A DNA stretch of 29,762 bases from Octopus sinensis (lineage: Eukaryota): the NCBI RefSeq assembly GCF_006345805.1, contig NW_021833544.1, positions 1-29,762 of the forward strand, given 5' to 3'. Below the pieces are notes generated by a model, which saw only the letters and a program-made list of their open reading frames with translations, made no database searches and was not told the DNA's origin. Numbering within the stretch: the stretch's first letter is position 1; every line of letters starts with the position of its first letter. Made by a program: the position numbers and the translations under genes. This document shows positions 22,681 to 29,762 of this stretch, in pieces.

Positions 22681-22924
22681 ATTCCCTTATTGTTCTCCTC
22701 CCCTCCCCATCTTCCTCCTACTCATCAGCTTTGATTATGATGTTTTTATACTTTTGTTGCTGCAAATATTACAAAGAATATTGTGCATATGTGTGTGTGT
22801 GTATATGTGTATGTATGTTTATGTGTGTGTGTGTGTGTGAGGAAATGTGTGTAATGGTGTTTATGAGAATGAACACGAAAATGTAAAAAAAAAAGACATT
22901 TGGAAATAAAAAAAAGAGAACAGC

Positions 22925-23206
22925 TACAACAACAAAAACAACAACAATAGCAATAACAATAACAATGATGATGATGATGATAATAATATTGATAACTATA
23001 ATAATAATGATAAGAATAGGCATAGTATTTTTTGTAGTAGTAGTAGTAGTAATAGTAATACTAATAATTTTATCAATAATAATGGAGAATTCTACTTTCA
23101 CACAAATATCTAAGAACAAATAATCGATTCACCATATATACATATACGCATATATATATACATACATATATATACATAGCCTACATATATATTTGCATAT
23201 ATATAT

Positions 23207-23260
<54 letters not shown>

Positions 23261-23661
23261 TATATATATAACATATATATAAATATATACATATTATTAT
23301 ATAGAGACATATATATACATTACATACATACATATATGTGTGTGAGTGTGTGTATTTACATATACTTTTAAGTGCATATATGTATATATTATATAGGTGT
23401 AAATATAGATATCAAATATTACATATAATATTATATATATAAAATTTATATATATATAATTCATATATAATATATATATATATATAATTTATATATGTAT
23501 ATAATCTATGTATACACATACAGCTATATACATACATATGTATGTATAATTAAAGTCGGTAAGGTGATGGGGTTTCATGTGGGTGTATTATTATATATAT
23601 GCATATATATATATATATACATATACATTTATAGCTATATACTTATAATATATATATAATG

Positions 23662-23703
<42 letters not shown>

Positions 23704-23745
23704 TATATATATATATATATATTGTATATATATATATATATATAC

Positions 23746-23823
<78 letters not shown>

Positions 23824-24325
23824 GTATATGTATATATATATACATATCATATATATATATATGTATATATGTATATATATATACATATGCATATATATAT
23901 ATATGTCGGAAGATTTAACGAGTGCTGAGGGGTAGCGGAGCCGTTTGAAATGAATAATAATAATAATAATAACAATAACAACAACAATAATAATATTAAT
24001 AATAATAATAAGACGAAGAAGAATAAAAGTAAAAAAAAGAATAAAAATTTATTGTTGTACAAATATTAGTAAGTGGAAGATTGACAAACAGTATGTCGTC
24101 TGTTTTCGGTGAATTGCAAACTGAGCAGGAAAATGACTGGCGGTGTTTACTGCTCCTAATGGCGGAAGATATAGCATGTACAGTATATATATACATCAGA
24201 GGAGAAGGGGGTGATAGTGAGAGAGAGAGAGAGAGAGATAGAGAGAATGTGGGAGAGTGAGAGAGAGAGGGATGAAGAGAGCAGTGTAGATGGAGGTGTG
24301 TAGGTATGCAATAAGTATATATATA

Positions 24326-24369
<44 letters not shown>

Positions 24370-25078
24370 TATATATATAGATGTATATATATACACACAT
24401 ATATATATGTATATATATACACACACACATACACACACATATGTGAATGTGCACATGCATGCATGCTTGTACGTATGTGTATATATATATATATATAATA
24501 TATATATGTATAAATATATCTATATATATTATATATATTTTATATATATATATGTATGTATATGCTAATATATATGTGTGGATGTATATATATATATATA
24601 TATATATATCAATATATATACATACATATATAAATATACAAATATATAGTTGTATGTATGTATGTATGTATGTATGTATGAGTATTTATATATATAGATA
24701 TATATATATATAGTATATATATAGATATATATATATATATTATATATATATACACATATATCTATATGTGTGTGTGTGTGTGTGAAGTAGTAGACTACTT
24801 AATACTTGAAGTACAATATTAGTTATTAAAAGCTCTACATGTGTGTGCATATATACAAATATATATACACATATATATACATATAACTATATATATATAT
24901 ACATACATATATCTATATATATATGCATGTATATCTATATATACATGCATATATCTATATATGTATATATGCACTTATATATCTATATATATATATGCAT
25001 ATATATGTATATATATATGCATGTATATATCTATATATATATATGTATATGAATATGCATATATATATGTATGCATAC

Positions 25079-25109
<31 letters not shown>

Positions 25110-25110
25110 G
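22925..25110. repeat. Cluster of (AAC/AAT/TAG)n, (TA)n, (GA)n and (TATG)n microsatellites
   Basis: Directly visible, with short unique spacers at ~23900-23950 and ~24060-24180. Confidence 0.9.
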
Positions 25111-25556
25111 CTGTGTGTGTGTGTGGTGCAGACATTTTTGTCTATGTACAAATACACACATATATGTAAGCATTTGCATATACATAGGCACATACACACT
25201 CACACACTCACATACGCACACACACACACATGCTCACAAAGTTTTGGAAAATTTGTCGCAAACACGGTCCTTAAACGTCAAGCCCATATTGGTCGAAAAA
25301 ACACCAAATTGATTGAAAATATTTTTCAGTCAAAGAAATGCCAGACTAATCATTGAAAATTTAATATTTTTTTTTTTTTTTTCAAGAAAATCGTTAAAAT
25401 GAAAAAAAACAAAAAAAAAAAACCTCAAGAAAAAAAAATCTATACAAAAAAAAAATTGAAATGCTGAAATTTTATTGATATTTAAATTACCTGTCGCACT
25501 GCTTTAAATTTCTGAAATTTTAGAAATTTTGAATGAATAAACCAAAACCTATACAT

Positions 25557-25607
<51 letters not shown>

Positions 25608-25821
25608 TTCTATACATTATGTTATAATATACCAGAATTTGGCATCGTGTTAAGAAGTTATTTGTGAAAAATATTGAAAGACAAACGTTCATGTTGCAAA
25701 AATCGTTAGTGCATTACAAAAAAAAAATATGCTCAATACATGGTAATTAATTGAGATCAAATTGTACTGGTGCCTATTATATTGTTCTGGTTGGGGAATC
25801 TCTTCATCTTCTGCAGTATTT

Positions 25822-26126
25822 TCATCGTCGTCGTCGTTGTCATCATTACCCTCCTCCTCCTCCTCATCATCATCATCATCTTCATCTTCATCATCCTCCT
25901 CCTCCTCCTCCTCCTCATCATCATCCTCATCATCATCCTCATCATCATCATCATCATCGTCGTCCTCCTCCTCCTCCTCCTCCTCTCATCTCATCCTCAT
26001 CCTCATCCTCATCATCATCATCCTCATCCTCATCCTCATCATCATCATCCTCATCCTCATCATCATCATCATCATCATCCTCATCATCATCATCATCATC
26101 ATCAACATCATCATCCTCATCATCAA

Positions 26127-26168
<42 letters not shown>

Positions 26169-26362
26169 CATCATCATCATCCTCCTCATCATCATCCCCT
26201 TCCTCCTCCTCCTCCTCATCATCATCATCAGTAACAGCGTCACCATCACCATCACCACTACCACCACCACTACAGCCACCAACAGCACTAGCAGCAGCAG
26301 CACCACCATCACCATCATCATCATCAGCATCACCATCACCACTACCATCACCACTATAACCA
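25822..26362. repeat. (TCA/TCC/ACC)n triplet array
   Basis: Directly visible. Confidence 0.93.
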
Positions 26363-26365
26363 CCA

Positions 26366-26745
26366 ACAGCTGATGACAACGTGTCTAAAAGAAATGGAGA
26401 AACTTTCAAAATACAAAGACCTGGAAATAGAGGTAACTGGAATGTGGAATCTAAAAACAGAAACAATTCCTATCATAATAGGCATGATAAAAAAATATTC
26501 AGACAAATACATAACAAAAACACCAGGACTTACAAACACATATAACATACAGAAAATTGTACTACTAGGCACTGCACACATCCTACGCAGAACACTTTCC
26601 ATACAGTAACCATCAGAGCATCACAACAAATCACAGCACATACCCAAGGCTCACAGAGCTGTGCTCGGTAGTGAAGTGAAAGCACGCTATAAAAATAAAA
26701 CTACTGAATAATAATAATAATAATTAAAAAAATAATAATAATTTA
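26366..26745 (+). mobile_element. R2-group (R4/Dong-like) non-LTR 3' end: RLE endonuclease C-terminus plus (TAA)n tail
   Basis: ADDNVS/KEMEKLSKYKDLEIE..MWNLKT..IPIIIG...IQKIVLLGTAHILRRTL*, short UTR, then aataataataat. Confidence 0.8.
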
Positions 26746-26748
26746 TAT

Positions 26749-27190
26749 GGCCACGAACGGATGGTGACACGTAAAAAGCACCATCCGTTCGTGGCCGTTG
26801 CCAGCCTCGCCTGTCCCCGTGCTGGTGGCACGTAAAAAGCACCATCCGTTCGTGGCCATTACCAGCGCCGCCCCGACTGGCCTCCGTGCTGGTGGAACGT
26901 AGAAGCACCATCCGTTCGTGTCCGCTGCCAGCTTCGCCTGGCCCCTGTGCCGGTGACATGTAAAAGCACCATCCGTTTGTGGCAGTTTGCCAGCTCCGTC
27001 TGGCACCTGTGCAGGTGGCACGTAAAAAGCACCCACTACACTCACAGAGTGGTTGGCATTAGGAAGGGCATCCAGCTGTAGAAACACTGCCAGATCAGAC
27101 TGGAGCCTGGCGCAGCCTCCATGGCTTCCCAAACCCCGGTCGAACTGTCCAACCCATGCTAGCATGGAGAACGGACATTAAACGATGATG
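26749..27190 (+). mobile_element. Family B element with ~5 minisatellite units and 5' 18-bp inversion
   Basis: Units end gtggcacgtaaaaagcacc; tail catgctagcatggagaacggacattaaacgatgatg. Confidence 0.82.
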
Positions 27191-27469
27191 AATATGATGA
27201 TATATAAAGGCAAATCAAAAATATAAACAAAAGCAGCAAAAGGGAAAAGGACGTACACAGTGAAGTTATGAGGTTGATGCTCAGTTCAAGATGGATGAAA
27301 GAGTGGGAGTGAAGCTTTGAGTATGGCTCAAGAAGGAAAGTGGAAAGGTCCAGAGAGAAGGAATAGAATAGCTGGAAAAAAACAGGTGTGTGATTACATG
27401 CCTGAAGAGTGACCAAAATTGGAGAGAGATAGAGAAAGTGGTTTTTGAAGGCCAAAGCAGCCCTCATCA

Positions 27470-27660
27470 TGCTGGTGCCACATAAAAGGCACCTAGTCCA
27501 CTCTGTAAAGTGTTTGGCATTACGAAGGGGTATCCGGCTGTGAAAAGCAATGCCAAAGAGAGACAGTGAAACTGGGTGTAGTCTTCTGCTTTACCAGCTC
27601 CTGACAAACTATCCAACCCATGCCAGCATGAAAGACGGATGCCAAATGATGATGATGATG

Positions 27661-27709
<49 letters not shown>

Positions 27710-27885
27710 GGATGATGATGATAATGATGATGATGATGATGATAATGATGATGATGATGATGATGATGACGATGATGATGGTGATGATGATGATGAGGAG
27801 GAGGATGATGATGATGAGGATGATGATGATGATGATGATGAGGATGATGATGATGAGGATGATGATGATGATGGTGGTGGTGATG

Positions 27886-27927
<42 letters not shown>

Positions 27928-28069
27928 GTAATGGTGGTGGTGGTGGATGGTGGTGGTAATGATGATGATGATGATGAGGAGGAGGAGGAGGAGGGGGAGG
28001 AGGGGGAGGAGAAGGATGATGATGATGAGGAGGAGGAGGAGGAGGAGGATGAGGATGAGGATGAGGATG

Positions 28070-28100
<31 letters not shown>
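27470..28100 (+). mobile_element. Diverged family B 3' end running into ~450-bp (GAT/GAG/GGT)n array
   Basis: aacccatgccagcatgaaagacggatgccaaatgatgatg directly precedes the triplet array. Confidence 0.75.
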
Positions 28101-28509
28101 ATAAAAATGATGGTTGTCTCTTCAAGTCAGATGATGCCTGTCTTACATTCAGACTTGATTGTTCCGATTTGCTTTCATCCTTGCATGTGAACAGACACAA
28201 CTTTACATGTCACCACCTCGCCTCCATCCATCTCCATAGGAATTTATAAAACACAAACCAGAGCAGAGCAGAGCAAAGAGACAGACGATGGGTTAATGCT
28301 GTCAGTTGGGAAGGTGAAAGGCGAGAGGGAAGCATAGTCTCGGAATAAAACAAGGGACACGGAAGCTCGGAGAAGTTAAGTGAAGTTAGAAGTCAAAGCA
28401 CTTAAGGACACGACAGGGGAAAACGAACGAAATAAGGGAAAGTAACAAAGGAGAAATGAGAACCGAAATGAAAAAAATGAAATACAAACTACAAATTGTA
28501 TGAACAAAT

Positions 28510-28885
28510 GGCGTAGGAGTGGCTGTGTGGTAAGTAGCTTGTTTACGAACCGCATGGTTCAAGGTTCGGTCCCACTATGTGGCATCTTGGGCAAGTGTCT
28601 TCTACTATAGCCTCGGGTCGACCAAAGCCTTGTGAGTGGATTTGGCAGACGGAAACTGAAAGAAGCCTGTCGTGTATATGTATATATAAATAAGCATAGG
28701 AGTAGGAGTATACATATAGGTGTAGGAGTGGCTGTGTGGTAAGTAGCTTGTTTACGAACCACATGGTTCAGGGTTCGGTCCCACTATGTGGCATCTTGGG
28801 CAAGTATCTTCTACTATAGCCTCGAGTCGATCAAAACCTTGTGAGTAGATTTGGTAGATGGAAACTGAAAGAAGCCCGTCATATA
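28510..28885 (+). mobile_element. Two tandem 5'-half SINE A copies (28510-28680, 28719-28885)
   Basis: Head plus CORE-like block twice, with shared private variants (tttacgaacc, ttcggtcccactatgtggcatc). Confidence 0.88.
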
Positions 28886-28932
28886 TATGCTAACACAGTA
28901 GAATGCGGTATTGCCTTGTAAAAACGTTTATA

Positions 28933-29335
28933 GGCGTAGGAGTGGCTCTGTGGTAAGTAGCTTGTTTACCAACCACATGGTTCCGGGTTCAGTCCCACTG
29001 CGTGGCACCTTGGGCAAGTGTCTTCTACTATAGCCTCGGGCCAACCAATGCCTTGTGAGTGGATTTGGTAGACGGAAACTGAAAGAAGCCCGTCGTATAT
29101 ATATATATATATGTATGTGTGTGTATGTGTTTGTGTGTCTGTGTTTGTCCTCCCAACATCGCTTGACAACCGATGCTGTTGTGTTTACGTCCCCGTAACT
29201 TGGCGGTTCGGCAAAAGTGATCGATACAATAAGTACTAGGCTTACAAAGAATAAGCCCTGGGGTCGATTTGGTTGACTAAAGGCGGTGCTCCAGCATGGC
29301 CACAGTCAAATGACTGAAACAAGTAAAAGAGTAAA
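28933..29335 (+). mobile_element. Full-length SINE family A
   Basis: Head to tail ggcggtgctccagcatggccacagtcaaatgactgaaacaagtaaaagagtaaa. Confidence 0.92.
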
Positions 29336-29565
29336 TGAAATGATAGTGAAACATCTACATGTCATTGTATTTATGTGACAGAAGCTTGTACAACACTGTT
29401 GCTGCTCTCTTGGTTAGCATTGTAGTAGCAGTAGTGTATGGTGGGTGGTTGTTGTCATGGGTGTGCTGCCACACCCACTGACACCAAATTTCAAGCAGGG
29501 CTATAACAAAAGTTTTAGGGTTAAATTAATGAATAAGGTTAATATTTATAATGAATTTGGCCTCC

Positions 29566-29762
29566 GTGACGGTGGCACGTAAAAAGCACCATCCGTTCGT
29601 GGCCGTTGCCAGCCTCGCCTGGCTCCCCGTGCCGGTGGCATGTAAAAAGCACCATCCGTCCGTGGCCGTTTGCTAGCCCCGTTTGGCACCTGTGCGGGTG
29701 GCACATAAAAAGCACCCACTACACTCACGGAGTGGTTGGCGTTAGGTAGGGCCATCCAGCCG
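29566..29762 (+). mobile_element. Family B element, cut by window end
   Basis: About 3 minisatellite units, then cccactacactcacggagtggttggcgttagg. Confidence 0.8.

Noticed and set aside
20498-22886. Long poly-His/Ser/Asp/Met/Val ORFs (up to 370 aa) as structural proteins
   Set aside because: Triplet repeats lack stops in several frames on both strands; there is no domain or splice support. The same applies to 25751-26466 and 27520-28249.
24150-24185. aatggcggaag as a YY1-like/start motif
   Set aside because: A short motif is expected by chance, and the ORF runs into microsatellite.
27200-27460. Purine-rich segment as an RTE 3' relic
   Set aside because: Only vague peptide echoes, with stops in the frames tried.

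Overview
This is AT-rich, repeat-saturated animal (eukaryotic) DNA with no recognisable intact host protein-coding gene, rRNA, tRNA gene or CRISPR array. The SINE families and microsatellite load resemble Octopus genomes; that assignment is from recall and was not checked against a database. Nearly all long ORFs in the track are microsatellite artefacts. The ORFs that look real are retro- or DNA-transposon relics: RTE-type and CR1-type RT C-termini, an R4/Dong-like RLE endonuclease end, a mariner transposase N-terminus and a Penelope-like ORF start. Other elements are non-autonomous Helitrons, an hAT MITE with an 8-bp TSD, a tRNA/CORE-like SINE family (A) and a GAT-tailed family (B) with an internal ~59-bp minisatellite. 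The most interesting signal is a set of type-I hammerhead ribozyme (HHR) motifs in five different repeat families, most of them inside inverted repeats beside (TA)n. One sits in each ~540-bp unit of a tandem array that folds back into a ~0.9-kb-arm palindrome (retrozyme- or Penelope pLTR-like). One is nearly canonical (13817-13871) and one carries a G3-C8 core swap (12940-12990). SINE A also shares its 3' tail, including a compensatory stem-loop, with the CR1-type LINE. All folds were derived by eye and no activity is demonstrated.
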